Origin: Paludibacteraceae bacterium
GTDB lineage: Bacteria; Bacteroidota; Bacteroidia; Bacteroidales; Paludibacteraceae
Length of the DNA stretch: 64,000 nt
Assembly: GCA_905233255.1 (NCBI GenBank)
Contig: CAJOCN010000004.1
Span: 12,868 to 76,867 of the forward strand
Direction of reading: 5' to 3'
How positions within the stretch are numbered: the first letter of the stretch is position 1; each line of letters starts with the position of its first letter. Below the pieces are notes generated by a model. That model was not told the DNA's origin. It searched no databases and saw nothing but the letters and a program-made list of their open reading frames with translations. Of the stretch, positions 47,930-58,513 are shown piece after piece. The translations under genes were made by a program, and so were the position numbers.

Positions 47930-50839
47930 TTACATTACAGCATCCATTAACTCCTGCGTAGAGTTGAACAGTTTAGCCGGTGAGAGTTTGGTAACCTTGC
48001 AACCCATCTTCTTCTCGATTGCCTTCAGGTCAATCTTCTTCGGGTCGCCCATGAGGATGATGGTAACGGGTTTGCCCTTGATATTCTCCTCGTAGAACTT
48101 CTCAATGTCATTGAAAGTGAGGGCATCGATAGCCGCAGCGTTGACTTTCGACGGGTCGTCTTTGTAACCCAGACGCTGCCAGTACTCATAAGCAGCGGCT
48201 TTAGAACGCATCGACGGTTTAGCGGTCTGAGCAGCCTGCTTGAGGGCGGCTTTGAGAGCTACTAACTGTGTCGAGTCCTTCGGCATGTCGGTCAGGATAT
48301 CCATATATACGGAGATGGCATCGTTGACCTTATCCGACTGGGTACCCACGTAACCGATGAAGTAGCAGTCCTTACCCGGGAGTTCCGGCGTAGCGTTCAC
48401 ACCATAAGCCGAGTATGCCATGGAGCGTTTTACACGGATCTCGTTCATGATCACACCCGTGAAGCCGCCGGACATGTACTGGTTGAAGGCGTCGGATTGT
48501 ACATCCGAAGCGATGTCATACGGACGGCCGTTGATGTAGAAATAGAGGTCCGCCTGCTGTACATTGCTATTCGGCAAGAAGAGCACAGTCGGTTTGTCAT
48601 ATTTCTGACGGTCCTGAACGAACGGCGAGTTGGACGGTTTCATACCTTCGGTCAGCGGCAGTTCGGGCACGAGTTTATCCTCGGGGAGCGTACCGCAGTA
48701 GAATACATCGAGTGCATACGTACGAGCAGCAGCTACGAGCGATTGTACTTTCGGCAGACCGAGTCCCCAGATGTCGGCAAACGGTACTTCGTCCAGGAAC
48801 GCAGACTTCTTGCCGTACATAGCGTATTGCATGAGCGCCGATTTCTGTACAGCAGTACGTTTCTGACGGCTATAGCGCGAGAAGAACTCGTTACCCTTGA
48901 CCGCATCGAGCTGTTTCTGCTCGAGGTACGGCATGAGCAACTGACGGTTCACGAGGTTCATGATCTTATTCATGTTCTCGTCCTCGCCGGAGATAGAGAT
49001 ATAGAAGTACGAGTCGTTGCAACCATAAGCGACCGAAGCACCTAACTCAGCCATCTGCTGTTTGAAGTCCTTACCCTCTGTAGCCGGCGCGCCCATGATA
49101 CCTGCGTTGTTCATCAGGTCAGCAGCGTACGGCAGCAGCGGCATCTCATGCTCCCCCACACCATAGCGGAGTACCAGCGTGAAGATATCGTTCTTCTTGT
49201 TCGGGGTGTAATGAAGCGTGATATTCTCGCCCAGCGAGCTCACCTTCACATCATTGAAATCATTGAAGGTCTGTTTGAGTTCGCCCTTCGGCAGTTTCAT
49301 GAACTCAGCAGCATACTCGGTCTTCGCGTTCTTCACCGGATCAAGCGGTTTGATATTCGGCTTCGGCAGCGGTTTTGCCTTCAGACTCTTGGTATCCTCG
49401 TCGAAGGAGATAGTCATATGATCCGCATTGAAATATTTCTTTGCTACACGTGCAATCTCCTCTTTGGTGAGTGCCTGAATCTTTGCGTTAGCCGTGAAGA
49501 TGTCGTCAACCGGTTTAGCATACGTAAAGGCATCTACGAGTACGCTCATCTTGGTAGCCGGCGACTCATTGAACGCCTTGAACGATTGTGCGTACATGTG
49601 CTTCACGTTCGCGATGAGATCGTCGGAGATCTCGCCACGTTTGATCTTGTCGATCTCTTTCATGACGATGGCCTCGGTAGCCTTGTCGGACTCGAACATC
49701 TGTTGGTTAGCATCGTAGTACGGTACCGCCATTACGATAACACGACCGTCGTTACGACGCGCATCCAGGAAGGCATAAGAAGCAGAGACATCACCCTTGG
49801 TGTTCACCTGATCGAGGAGGCCGGTTTGACCGTTGTAGAGCAGATCGCAAACGAACTCCAGTACATCCTGGTCCGGGTCACCCTCTTTCACACCCTGGTA
49901 AACCCACGCGATCTGCGGGTTGTAGCCCATGTTGTAGTGTTTCTTGCCGGTGAGTTGTACAGCAGGGTACGAAGGACGAGCGGGCAACTCTTTCGGCTCC
50001 AAGCGACCGAAAGTCTTCTCAATCATCGGTCTGGTGGACTTGGTATCAAAATCACCAACGATGATCAGCGCCATGTTGTTAGGTACATACCAAGTGTTGT
50101 AGAACTCAATCAGACGGCTTAGACGCGGGTTCTTGAGGTGCTCGGGCAGACCGATGACGTCACGCTCATACGGTGAACCTTTGTAGATATCCTCCATCAG
50201 CTGTTTCTGTGCCTGAGACGAAGGCTCGTTGGCGTACATGTTGTACTCCTCGAAGACGTTCTCCAACTCGGCCTGGAACGTACGGAAGACAGGGTTGATC
50301 AGACGGTCAGAGAAGATCGTCAACCAACGGTACATCTCTGCAGCCGGGAAGGAGTTATGATACGCCGTGAGGTCATAAGACGTGTACGCGTTCACGCCCT
50401 CAGCACCGATGAGGTCCAGCATGTTGAAGAAGTCTTCGGTCGAAGAGATCTTCGCCTCACGCATGGAGCACTCATTGATTTGGGTAGCGAGTTGCTCACG
50501 TACCTTCGGATCGGTTGCATCGCTGTACTGATCATAAAGCGCAATGATGGAATCATAGATCGGTTTCTCAGCCTCCCAGTCGAGCGCACCGATACGTTGC
50601 GTTCCCTTGAAGAGCATGTGCTCCAAGTAGTGCGCCAAACCGGTATATTCACCCGGTTCGTCCACCGCTCCGGCGCGAACCACTACATAACCGGTTACGT
50701 CCGGTGCGTCGTGATCCTCCCAGAGGAGCACAGTGAGTCCGTTCTCTAACTTGTACTCAGTCAGTCCCTCGCGGGTTTGAGCTGAGAGAAATGCGGTGCC
50801 GCAGATGAGCAGCAGAGCGCTAAGTAAATACTTTCTCAT
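47930..50839 (-). CDS. M16 family zinc peptidase (insulinase-like), exported
   Basis: Signal peptide, L.NGLTV, GLAHYLEHMLFKGT (HxxEH), NAYTS, EIR. Confidence 0.92.
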   Translation of the reverse strand: MRKYLLSALLLICGTAFLSAQTREGLTEYKLENGLTVLLWEDHDAPDVTGYVVVRAGAVDEPGEYTGLAHYLEHMLFKGTQRIGALDWEAEKPIYDSIIALYDQYSDATDPKVREQLATQINECSMREAKISSTEDFFNMLDLIGAEGVNAYTSYDLTAYHNSFPAAEMYRWLTIFSDRLINPVFRTFQAELENVFEEYNMYANEPSSQAQKQLMEDIYKGSPYERDVIGLPEHLKNPRLSRLIEFYNTWYVPNNMALIIVGDFDTKSTRPMIEKTFGRLEPKELPARPSYPAVQLTGKKHYNMGYNPQIAWVYQGVKEGDPDQDVLEFVCDLLYNGQTGLLDQVNTKGDVSASYAFLDARRNDGRVIVMAVPYYDANQQMFESDKATEAIVMKEIDKIKRGEISDDLIANVKHMYAQSFKAFNESPATKMSVLVDAFTYAKPVDDIFTANAKIQALTKEEIARVAKKYFNADHMTISFDEDTKSLKAKPLPKPNIKPLDPVKNAKTEYAAEFMKLPKGELKQTFNDFNDVKVSSLGENITLHYTPNKKNDIFTLVLRYGVGEHEMPLLPYAADLMNNAGIMGAPATEGKDFKQQMAELGASVAYGCNDSYFYISISGEDENMNKIMNLVNRQLLMPYLEQKQLDAVKGNEFFSRYSRQKRTAVQKSALMQYAMYGKKSAFLDEVPFADIWGLGLPKVQSLVAAARTYALDVFYCGTLPEDKLVPELPLTEGMKPSNSPFVQDRQKYDKPTVLFLPNSNVQQADLYFYINGRPYDIASDVQSDAFNQYMSGGFTGVIMNEIRVKRSMAYSAYGVNATPELPGKDCYFIGYVGTQSDKVNDAISVYMDILTDMPKDSTQLVALKAALKQAAQTAKPSMRSKAAAYEYWQRLGYKDDPSKVNAAAIDALTFNDIEKFYEENIKGKPVTIILMGDPKKIDLKAIEKKMGCKVTKLSPAKLFNSTQELMDAVM

Positions 50840-50906
50840 TGTTGTTAATAATTTTAGTTTTGTTCTAGTTTATCTAGTTTAACTAGTTGTACTAGTTTTT
50901 CTAGTT

Positions 50907-51932
50907 TTACCATTCAAGCAGTACTTTGCCGCACTGGCCGGAGACCATGACGTCGAAGCCCTTCTGGAAGTCCTCGAACTTGAAACGGTGTGTGATTACC
51001 GGGCTCAAGTCCAGACCGCCGAGGAGCATCTGCTCCATCTGGTACCAAGTCTCCCACATGCGGCGTCCCGTGATACCTTTGATGGTCAGGGCATTGAAGA
51101 TGACGTCGGACCAGTTGACCTGGGTGTCAGAAGGCAGGATACCGAGTTGGGCGATATTGGCACCTTTGTACATGTGCTCGATCATCTCGTTGAAGGCTGC
51201 GGGTGCGCCGGACATCTCCAGTCCCACATCGAATCCCTTGATACCGAGTTGCTGCATGGCGCCTTGTACGGTCTCTCCTTTGGAGCCATCGACCGTCAGC
51301 GTGGCACCCATCTTCTTAGCGATCTCCAGCCGAAGCGGATTAATATCCGTCACGACTATATTCTTCGCGCCTGCGTAGCGGCATATACCAGCCGCCATCG
51401 TTCCGATGAGTCCTGCACCAGTGATCAGCACGTCTTCGCCTAAGAGCGGGAAAGCCAATGCCGTGTGCGTAGCGTTACCAAAGGGATCCATGATTGCTGC
51501 GAAATCGTCTGGTATCTCAGGGCGGAGTTTGACTACGTTGCTTTCCGGGATGGTTACATATTCGGCGAAACAACCATCCTTGCCCATTATTCCGACGGAG
51601 ATGGTGTTCTCGCAGACGTGCCCCATTCCCCGGCGACAGTTACGGCAGTGTCCGCAGACGATGTGCCCTTCGGCGGTCACACGTTCACCGACCTTGAAGT
51701 TACGCACACCTGCGCCCACTTCGGCTACTACTCCCACGAACTCGTGGCCCATCGTATAAGGCGGTTTGCAGTGACTCTGCGACCAAGCGTCCCATTTGTA
51801 CATGTGCAGGTCGGTTCCGCAGATGGCGGCTTTGATGACCTTAATCAGCACGTCGTTGACTCCCACTTCCGGCATCGGCACTTCTTCCATCCAGATGCCG
51901 GGCTCTGCATATTTCTTTACTAAAGCTTTCAT
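50907..51932 (-). CDS. tdh: L-threonine 3-dehydrogenase
   Basis: MKALVK, AICGTD.H, GHEF.G, CGHCRNC, DPFGNA.HTAL, GITGR.MWETWY. Confidence 0.95.
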   Translation of the reverse strand: MKALVKKYAEPGIWMEEVPMPEVGVNDVLIKVIKAAICGTDLHMYKWDAWSQSHCKPPYTMGHEFVGVVAEVGAGVRNFKVGERVTAEGHIVCGHCRNCRRGMGHVCENTISVGIMGKDGCFAEYVTIPESNVVKLRPEIPDDFAAIMDPFGNATHTALAFPLLGEDVLITGAGLIGTMAAGICRYAGAKNIVVTDINPLRLEIAKKMGATLTVDGSKGETVQGAMQQLGIKGFDVGLEMSGAPAAFNEMIEHMYKGANIAQLGILPSDTQVNWSDVIFNALTIKGITGRRMWETWYQMEQMLLGGLDLSPVITHRFKFEDFQKGFDVMVSGQCGKVLLEW

Positions 51933-51973
51933 TTTTTCTAGTTTATCTAGTTTAACTAGTTCTTCTAGTTTGA

Positions 51974-53170
51974 CTAGTTCTTTTTCAATACACCAAGAAC
52001 CGTGCCAATCTTCGTGAAGGCGGCGATACATTTATCTAATTGTTCGCGCGTGTGCGCCGCGGAAACCTGCACGCGGATGCGCGCCTGACCCTTCGGCACT
52101 ACCGGATAATAGAAGCCCGTAACGTATATTCCCTCCTCTTGGAGCGCGGCAGCGAACTCTTGCGAGAGCCGTGCGTCATAGAGCATGACGGCACAGATAG
52201 CAGACTGAGTCGGTTTGATATCAAAGCCGGCGGCTTTCATCTTATCTACGAAGTATGCCGTGTTCTCGTGCAAGCGGTCCTGCAGTTCGTTGGAACGGGT
52301 GAGAATCTCAAAGGTCTTGATACCTGCGGCAGCAATCATCGGCGGAATGGAGTTCGAGAAGAGATAAGGACGGCTGCGTTGGCGCAGGAGGTCAATAATC
52401 TCTTTCTTGCCGGTTGTGAAACCGCCGACCGAACCGCCGAAGGCTTTTCCGAGCGTGCCGGTGATGATCTCCACCTTACCGCGCATGTTGTAGAGTTCGG
52501 TTACTCCATGTCCGGTCTTGCCGACTACTCCGGCGGAGTGGCTCTCATCGACCATGACGAGGGCATTGTATTTCTGCGCCAACTCGTAGATCTTATCCAG
52601 CGGGCACACATTGCCGTCCATGGAGAACACACCGTCGGTAGCGATGATGCGGAAACGCTGTGCCTGCGCTTTTTTGAGTTGCTCCTCGAGGTCTGCCATG
52701 TCGCCGTTGGCGTAGCGGTAACGCACCGCCTTACAGAGACGCACACCATCGATGATAGAAGCGTGGTTGAGCGCGTCGGAGATGATGGCATCCTCTTCGG
52801 TCAACAGCGGTTCGAAGAGACCTCCGTTGGCGTCAAAGCAAGCCGCATAAAGGATGGTATCCTCCGTTCCGAAGAAATCGGAGATGACACGTTCCAGTTC
52901 CTTGTGCGTATCCTGCGTACCGCAGATAAAACGCACCGACGCCATGCCGTAGCCGCGCGCATCCATGCGCGCTTTAGCTGCTTCGATGAGTTCTTTGTTA
53001 TCCGCGAGGCCGAGGTAGTTGTTCGCACAGAAGTTAATTACTTCCTGTCCGCCCTCTACTTTGATGCCGGACGACTGCGGAGTGATGATCACCCGCTCGT
53101 TCTTATATAGTCCTGCCTCCTTGATCTCTTGCAAGGTCTGTTGCAGGTGTTTTTGAAAATCCTGATACAT
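51974..53170 (-). CDS. kbl: 2-amino-3-ketobutyrate CoA ligase (glycine C-acetyltransferase)
   Basis: NFCANNYLGL, ASVRFICGTQ, TDGVFSMDG, TGTLGKA, RSRPYLFSN. Confidence 0.96.
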   Translation of the reverse strand: MYQDFQKHLQQTLQEIKEAGLYKNERVIITPQSSGIKVEGGQEVINFCANNYLGLADNKELIEAAKARMDARGYGMASVRFICGTQDTHKELERVISDFFGTEDTILYAACFDANGGLFEPLLTEEDAIISDALNHASIIDGVRLCKAVRYRYANGDMADLEEQLKKAQAQRFRIIATDGVFSMDGNVCPLDKIYELAQKYNALVMVDESHSAGVVGKTGHGVTELYNMRGKVEIITGTLGKAFGGSVGGFTTGKKEIIDLLRQRSRPYLFSNSIPPMIAAAGIKTFEILTRSNELQDRLHENTAYFVDKMKAAGFDIKPTQSAICAVMLYDARLSQEFAAALQEEGIYVTGFYYPVVPKGQARIRVQVSAAHTREQLDKCIAAFTKIGTVLGVLKKN

Positions 53171-53258
53171 AGTTGTTTGTTTTTTCTAGTTGACTAGACG
53201 ACTAGACGACTAGTTAAATTATTCCCTGTTCCATGATAAATCACCTTGAACAGCTGCA

Positions 53259-54602
53259 TCAGATGATGCCCTGTTCGAGCATCGCGGTTGCGACCTTCAT
53301 AAAGCCGGCGATGTTGGCGCCTTTGACATAGTCGATTGTGCCGTCGGGCTGAGTGCCGTAGCGGACACATTGCTCGTGGATGGACTCCATGATATGATGC
53401 AGACGCTCATCGACTTCTTTTCCTGTCCAGGACAGGTGCTCGGCGTTCTGGGTCATTTCGAGGCCCGAGGTTGCCACGCCTCCGGCGTTAACCGCCTTAC
53501 CCGGAGCAAAGAGCACGCCGTTGTGCTGGAAGAAATGGATCGCTCCCGGCTGGCAGCCCATGTTCGACACCTCGCAGCAGCACCAGCAGCCGTTTGCCTT
53601 CAGTTCCTTGGCGTCGTCTTCGCTCAGTTCGTTCTGGAACGCGCAGGGCAGTGCAATGTCGCACGGGATAGACCATGCTTTCTTGCCGGCGGTAAAGACA
53701 CAGGCTTGCGGGAACTTGTCCGCCATGTCCTGCACTTTGTTGCGGTTGGACGCACGCATAACGAGCATGTAGTCGATCATGTCTTTGGTGATACCATCCT
53801 TGATGGCTACAACGCCGTCCGGTCCGGAGATAGCGACTACCTTTGCGCCCAACTCAACTGCCTTAGTGGCAGCTCCCCATGCCACATTACCGAAGCCGGA
53901 GATGGCTACTTTCTTGCCCTTGATATCTTTGCCCGCTTTGTGCAGGAGGTGTTGCGTAAAATAGAGTGCGCCGAAGCCGGTTGCCTCCGGACGGAGAATC
54001 GAGCCGCCCCAAGTCATGCCTTTGCCGGTGAGGACACCTGTGTGATACTCACGTGCCAGTTTCTGGTACATGCCGTTGAGGAATCCGATCTCTCGACCGC
54101 CGACGCCCACATCACCGGCAGGAATATCCTGGTCCGGACCGATGCAACGCCAGAGTTCGAGCATGAAGGCCTGGCAGAAACGCATGATCTCCGCGTCTGA
54201 TTTGCCAACCGGATCAAAGTCCGAACCACCCTTTGCGCCGCCCATCGGCAGTGTCGTCAGCGCATTCTTGAAGGTCTGCTCGAAGCCCAAGAACTTGAGC
54301 ATAGACGGGGTAACGGCTCTGTGGAAGCGGAGACCGCCTTTGTACGGGCCAATCGCGGAGTTGAACTGCACGCGGTAACCGAGGTTGGTCTGTACCTCAC
54401 CCTCGTCGTCGATCCACGTCACGCGGAAAGTGAAAATACGGTCGGGCTCTACCATTCGCTCAACAATCTTCGCTTTCTCAAACTCAGGGTGTTGGTTGTA
54501 CACCTCTTCAATCGACTCCAACACTTCTTGCACGGCTTGCAGGTACTCTGCCTCGCCCGGATGTTTCGCAGCTAACTGCTGCATAATGTCTTGTACTTTC
54601 AT
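53259..54602 (-). CDS. gdhA: Glutamate dehydrogenase
   Basis: GPYKGGLRF, KN.LT.LPMGG.KGG, PAGD.GVG, RPEATGFG, GFGNVA, NAGGVA.SGLEM. Confidence 0.96.
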   Translation of the reverse strand: MKVQDIMQQLAAKHPGEAEYLQAVQEVLESIEEVYNQHPEFEKAKIVERMVEPDRIFTFRVTWIDDEGEVQTNLGYRVQFNSAIGPYKGGLRFHRAVTPSMLKFLGFEQTFKNALTTLPMGGAKGGSDFDPVGKSDAEIMRFCQAFMLELWRCIGPDQDIPAGDVGVGGREIGFLNGMYQKLAREYHTGVLTGKGMTWGGSILRPEATGFGALYFTQHLLHKAGKDIKGKKVAISGFGNVAWGAATKAVELGAKVVAISGPDGVVAIKDGITKDMIDYMLVMRASNRNKVQDMADKFPQACVFTAGKKAWSIPCDIALPCAFQNELSEDDAKELKANGCWCCCEVSNMGCQPGAIHFFQHNGVLFAPGKAVNAGGVATSGLEMTQNAEHLSWTGKEVDERLHHIMESIHEQCVRYGTQPDGTIDYVKGANIAGFMKVATAMLEQGII

Positions 54603-54789
54603 TGTTTTTGTGTTTTAAATGGTATTTTGTATATTAATTTGTATATGTTTATTAGTGTCTAATAAAATCGGCTACAAAGTTACACAAAAAAATTGAATTA
54701 CGCAAGCGCGCGCGTACTTTTTTATAAAAAATACGTTTTTTGAGGAACGGAATTTGGATATTTGAAAAAAAAGTATTATCTTTGCATCG

Positions 54790-55019
54790 GATTTGAGAGA
54801 AATGCATATCCGCCAATCTTGGCGGATGCGACAAGTCCTTTCCCTTCCTTTGTCGTTACGACGACGTCAGCTTAGCAACCAACTAATCACTAACTAATCA
54901 CTAACTAATCACCAACTCGGAGTCTTGCAAAATACCGACAATGAGTCGGTTTTTCATGCAGGTTAAACTGCGGGAGGAAGGCAGCGGGGAAATTGTCGCA
55001 AGATGCGACAAAAGGACTT
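54790..55019 (+). ncRNA. Candidate structured non-coding RNA
   Basis: Canonical + strand promoter (TTTG 54753, TATCTTTG 54777) with no convincing downstream ORF; several nested complementary segments. Confidence 0.35.
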
Positions 55020-57571
55020 TATTTTCCTCCCACTCCACCTCCTCCGCCGAGACGGGAGGATTCGTCCATGTCGCCCACTTTGCGGTATTTGGTGCGTTGC
55101 TGCTGGCCGAACATCCATGTGACGGAGAGCATGACACGCTGCTGGCGGACGGTGTTCTTATACCACGAATGATAGCCCGGTTGCTGGCCCAAATCATCGG
55201 TTTGGAAACTAAGCGAACGGAGCAGGTCCTGGACGTTGAGATTGAAGATCAAGCCTTTCTGCATCCACATCTTGCGCACGCCGAAGGAGGCAAAATAGGT
55301 ACTCCCGGAGCGGTTATAACCCGTGGTCATAGGCGAGGACCAGTTTCCATCGAGTGTGAGCGTCCAATCCTTGGGCAGATAGGCGGAGAGTGTGCCTCCC
55401 ACATAGCCGTAATGGTTCCTATTCTCATACACCGGCTTCCCATCCGCCTTTTTCTCGTACGACTTGTTGATGAAATGCATCCATCCGGCATTGACCGTTA
55501 GTGCCAGCCATGCGCCAACGATTTGACGATTTGAAGATTTGAGGATTTGAGAATTTGAAGATTGATTATTCTCATCGTTAGAAAATTTCGGCACAAGGGG
55601 AAGTTCAGTGAGCGAGATATTCATGCCGTGGGTGGTACAGGTACCGAAATTCGACCATTGGGAGAGACCTATTCCGTTCGGCAAAATCGTCACTTTGGAG
55701 GAGAACATGTCCTGCGTGTGCGCGAAATTGAAAGTCATGTTGAGGTATTGTGTCCATGAGAAATGCAGCTCCACATCGTTGTTGAACTCCGGCGTGAGGT
55801 TTGTGTTTCCTTTCTGAATCGAATAGGCATCCACATAAGATGTGAAGGGATTGAGCATCCAATAGGACGGACGTTTGATACGCCGCGTATAAGTCGCGGA
55901 GACGGTTATCGGCTGTTGGAGTTTGCCAAGCGGTATGGTCGTATAGCCGATATAGGCGGTCGGGAAGGGGTCAAAATAGGTCTTGTTGATGACCGAATCC
56001 AATCCTCCGTCCCTCCAGTCGCCGTGGGAGAAGGTATATTCGCCGCGAAGTCCAATTTTGACCGACCAGTGCTCTCCGAACTGCTTGCCGACGGATATAT
56101 ATGCCGCCGCGACGTGTTCGTCATAGCGGAAGGCATCGTAATCCGTAGGACGCACTACTCCATTGCGTGTCGAATCGGTCGTCATGTTATTGTCGGTCGA
56201 AGATAGCGCATACTTGACGCCGGCTTCAATCATACCGGTTTTCCAGAACTTGGTCTGGAAGTCCATCTTCGCAGAATAGATATTGACGATTTGCTTGCTT
56301 TTGATGTCAATACCCAGCGCGCTAATACCGTTGAAAGGCTTGTCGTAAGTCGTCTCTTGGAAATTCGAGGAACCGTTGTTGTAGCGGTTGTAGTCGATAT
56401 TGACGGTCAGTTCGCGCTCCAAGTCCTCCGAAAAAGTGTGGGTATAGTTGAGGTTCGCCGTGTGCTGCGGAGCTTTGAGAAGGTTTTGCGAATTGGTCGT
56501 ACTATTCGTCGTATCCGCGCCTTGAATCATATAGGCGTAGTTGAGTCCCGGCACGATGTGCTGATCGACGTTCATGAAGGGCACTTGGAGAATGAAACCA
56601 AGCGTGTTGAGCGAGTCGATATACCAATCGTTACCGAGTTTGAGCATGTAGTACTGGAAAGCGATGTCGTAGTCCGAATAGGAGTAGTTCTTCAATGCCG
56701 GCGTCTCGCGAGAGGACTCAAAATCGATGTCATTCTGCGCAAAGACCTGCGTAAACTGACCGAAAGTATAGGTTTTCTCGCCGCGATAATTGAGGTTGAG
56801 CGAGACCATTTCGTTGTTCAACCAACGTTTGACATCACCGAAATACATGCCGCCGTACGCAGCAGAGAGCATTCCGTTGAGTCCGCGCATCATGTTGCGC
56901 TTGGTCTTGATATTGATGATTCCACCCTGCCCCGAGGCGTCGTATTTGGCGGAGGGGTTGGAGATAATCTCGATTTTCTCAATCGTGTTTCCGTCCGTAC
57001 CGTCGAGCATCGCTTTGAGTTGCTGGCCGGAGAGGTACGAGGGTTTGCCGTCCACGTAGATTTCCACGGATTTGCCGTTGACGGTAATGTTGCCGTCCTT
57101 GTCGATGCGCACACCCGGCGAGCGGCGGAGTATATCGTTGCCGTTGGAACCGGCTGCAAGAGGCGAAGCGGAGACATTGACCACCAGTTTGTCCATCTGG
57201 CGCTCAATAAGCGGTTTCTTCGCCTTCACCTCCACTTCCGCGAGGCGTTCGGTCTCTTCGCGTAGGACGAAATCCGGTCCACCGAATGCCGTCTGATAGC
57301 CGATATAGGAGGCCTGGAGGATGAGATTTGACATTTGAGATTTGACATTCGAGATTTCAATCTCGTATTTGCCTTTTTCATCCGTGATGGCACCGGTGAG
57401 GAGGGTCGAATCCTGCGCGAGGACGGAGATAGTCACAAACGGCATGGCCTCGCCTCGGGAATTAATGACGGAACCTTTGATGGTCTGAGCCGAACAGTGA
57501 GCAGAAAGAGCTGAAAGGGCAAATACCAACACTACCCATAACGCTAATTTTATCGCATCTTTTGTCTTCAT
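55019..57571 (-). CDS. Outer-membrane beta-barrel family protein (TonB-dependent-receptor-like, carboxypeptidase-regulatory N-domain)
   Basis: Signal peptide, GAITD..G.Y, SYIGY, plug PGV..D.DG, IEKIEII.NPSAKYDA.G..GIINI, GN..L.PE. Confidence 0.88.
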   Translation of the reverse strand: MKTKDAIKLALWVVLVFALSALSAHCSAQTIKGSVINSRGEAMPFVTISVLAQDSTLLTGAITDEKGKYEIEISNVKSQMSNLILQASYIGYQTAFGGPDFVLREETERLAEVEVKAKKPLIERQMDKLVVNVSASPLAAGSNGNDILRRSPGVRIDKDGNITVNGKSVEIYVDGKPSYLSGQQLKAMLDGTDGNTIEKIEIISNPSAKYDASGQGGIINIKTKRNMMRGLNGMLSAAYGGMYFGDVKRWLNNEMVSLNLNYRGEKTYTFGQFTQVFAQNDIDFESSRETPALKNYSYSDYDIAFQYYMLKLGNDWYIDSLNTLGFILQVPFMNVDQHIVPGLNYAYMIQGADTTNSTTNSQNLLKAPQHTANLNYTHTFSEDLERELTVNIDYNRYNNGSSNFQETTYDKPFNGISALGIDIKSKQIVNIYSAKMDFQTKFWKTGMIEAGVKYALSSTDNNMTTDSTRNGVVRPTDYDAFRYDEHVAAAYISVGKQFGEHWSVKIGLRGEYTFSHGDWRDGGLDSVINKTYFDPFPTAYIGYTTIPLGKLQQPITVSATYTRRIKRPSYWMLNPFTSYVDAYSIQKGNTNLTPEFNNDVELHFSWTQYLNMTFNFAHTQDMFSSKVTILPNGIGLSQWSNFGTCTTHGMNISLTELPLVPKFSNDENNQSSNSQILKSSNRQIVGAWLALTVNAGWMHFINKSYEKKADGKPVYENRNHYGYVGGTLSAYLPKDWTLTLDGNWSSPMTTGYNRSGSTYFASFGVRKMWMQKGLIFNLNVQDLLRSLSFQTDDLGQQPGYHSWYKNTVRQQRVMLSVTWMFGQQQRTKYRKVGDMDESSRLGGGGGVGGK

Positions 57572-57652
57572 AACACGTTTTATTTTGAAATACGGTGCAA
57601 AGGTACTGCCTTTTGTGCAAACGGCATATGAAAAAACGGACATTATGCTTTT

Positions 57653-58513
57653 TCAGGCAAAAAATATAGAGAAATCTTGCGATAAAGGGATGCCGAGGAT
57701 GCGGAACTGCCCCGGCGAGACGCACCCCATCTGCTGAAACTCCAGCGCAGCATGACTCAGATCGTAGTATCCGTGCCGCAAAACGGTAGCCAGGAGATCA
57801 ATCGGTTTGCCCTGCGCGGCTTGCTGCTGCATGTCCTGAATGGTACGATGGAAACGCCTGAGGCGGATGAATTGTTTGGGCGGAACGCCGACGTATTGGC
57901 GGAAGACGCGCAGGAACTGCCGCTCGCCAAGGCACGCCACAGAGGCCATTTCCGCTGCCGAGATACTACCTTTGGCGTCATCGCAAGCGGCGATCACCTT
58001 CCGGATACGGCGGTAGTTGAGGTCTTCCCTCACGGGAATGCGCCCCAAGAAAAAAGCGTCCAACTGCGGCGCGATGTCCTCCGCTTTGAGCGTGGATTTG
58101 AAGATCCGGTCAAGGTGTGTCAGCCCCTCATCGCCGGTTTCACTGACCGTCAGCACTTTGCCGGACAACTGCTGCAAATCCATCCCCGCCAAGATATGCA
58201 TTCCTCCCGGTTCAAAATCCATCATCATTCCTTCGAACCAGCCGCTAAGGGTGGTTAGCCCCTGCGTAGTCTGGTTGGCGCCGAGCAACACCAGTTCGTC
58301 GGATTGCTTTCCGCCGATTTCTATTACGACACTCCGGACAAAGATCAGACTGCCGTAGTTAGGGAGCAGCGGCTGCACGTGCTTGCCGTTCACAAACCGC
58401 GGATCGTCCGCCGGCGGGGTCATGGTATCCGTCGAACCCTCCGCACGCACAAACACGTAGCGGGATATATACGGCCGCAGGGCCTCTGCCGGATAAATAA
58501 TCTGGAAAAACAT
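57653..58513 (-). CDS. AraC-family transcriptional regulator
   Basis: P...L.PYI..Y N-terminus; CL.ERQF.R.F...VG..PK.F.R..RF, GYYD.SH. Confidence 0.88.
   Translation of the reverse strand: MFFQIIYPAEALRPYISRYVFVRAEGSTDTMTPPADDPRFVNGKHVQPLLPNYGSLIFVRSVVIEIGGKQSDELVLLGANQTTQGLTTLSGWFEGMMMDFEPGGMHILAGMDLQQLSGKVLTVSETGDEGLTHLDRIFKSTLKAEDIAPQLDAFFLGRIPVREDLNYRRIRKVIAACDDAKGSISAAEMASVACLGERQFLRVFRQYVGVPPKQFIRLRRFHRTIQDMQQQAAQGKPIDLLATVLRHGYYDLSHAALEFQQMGCVSPGQFRILGIPLSQDFSIFFA

Noticed and set aside
51933..52031. N-terminal extension of tdh in the ORF track
   Set aside because: Derives from the kbl overlap and the 9-bp repeat; the family N-terminus MKALVK starts at 51932.
54802..54897. 31-aa ORF (MHIRQSWRMRQ...) after the 54777 promoter
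   Set aside because: Runs through hairpins and ends in a repeat tract; an RNA-structure explanation fits better, though a leader peptide is not excluded.
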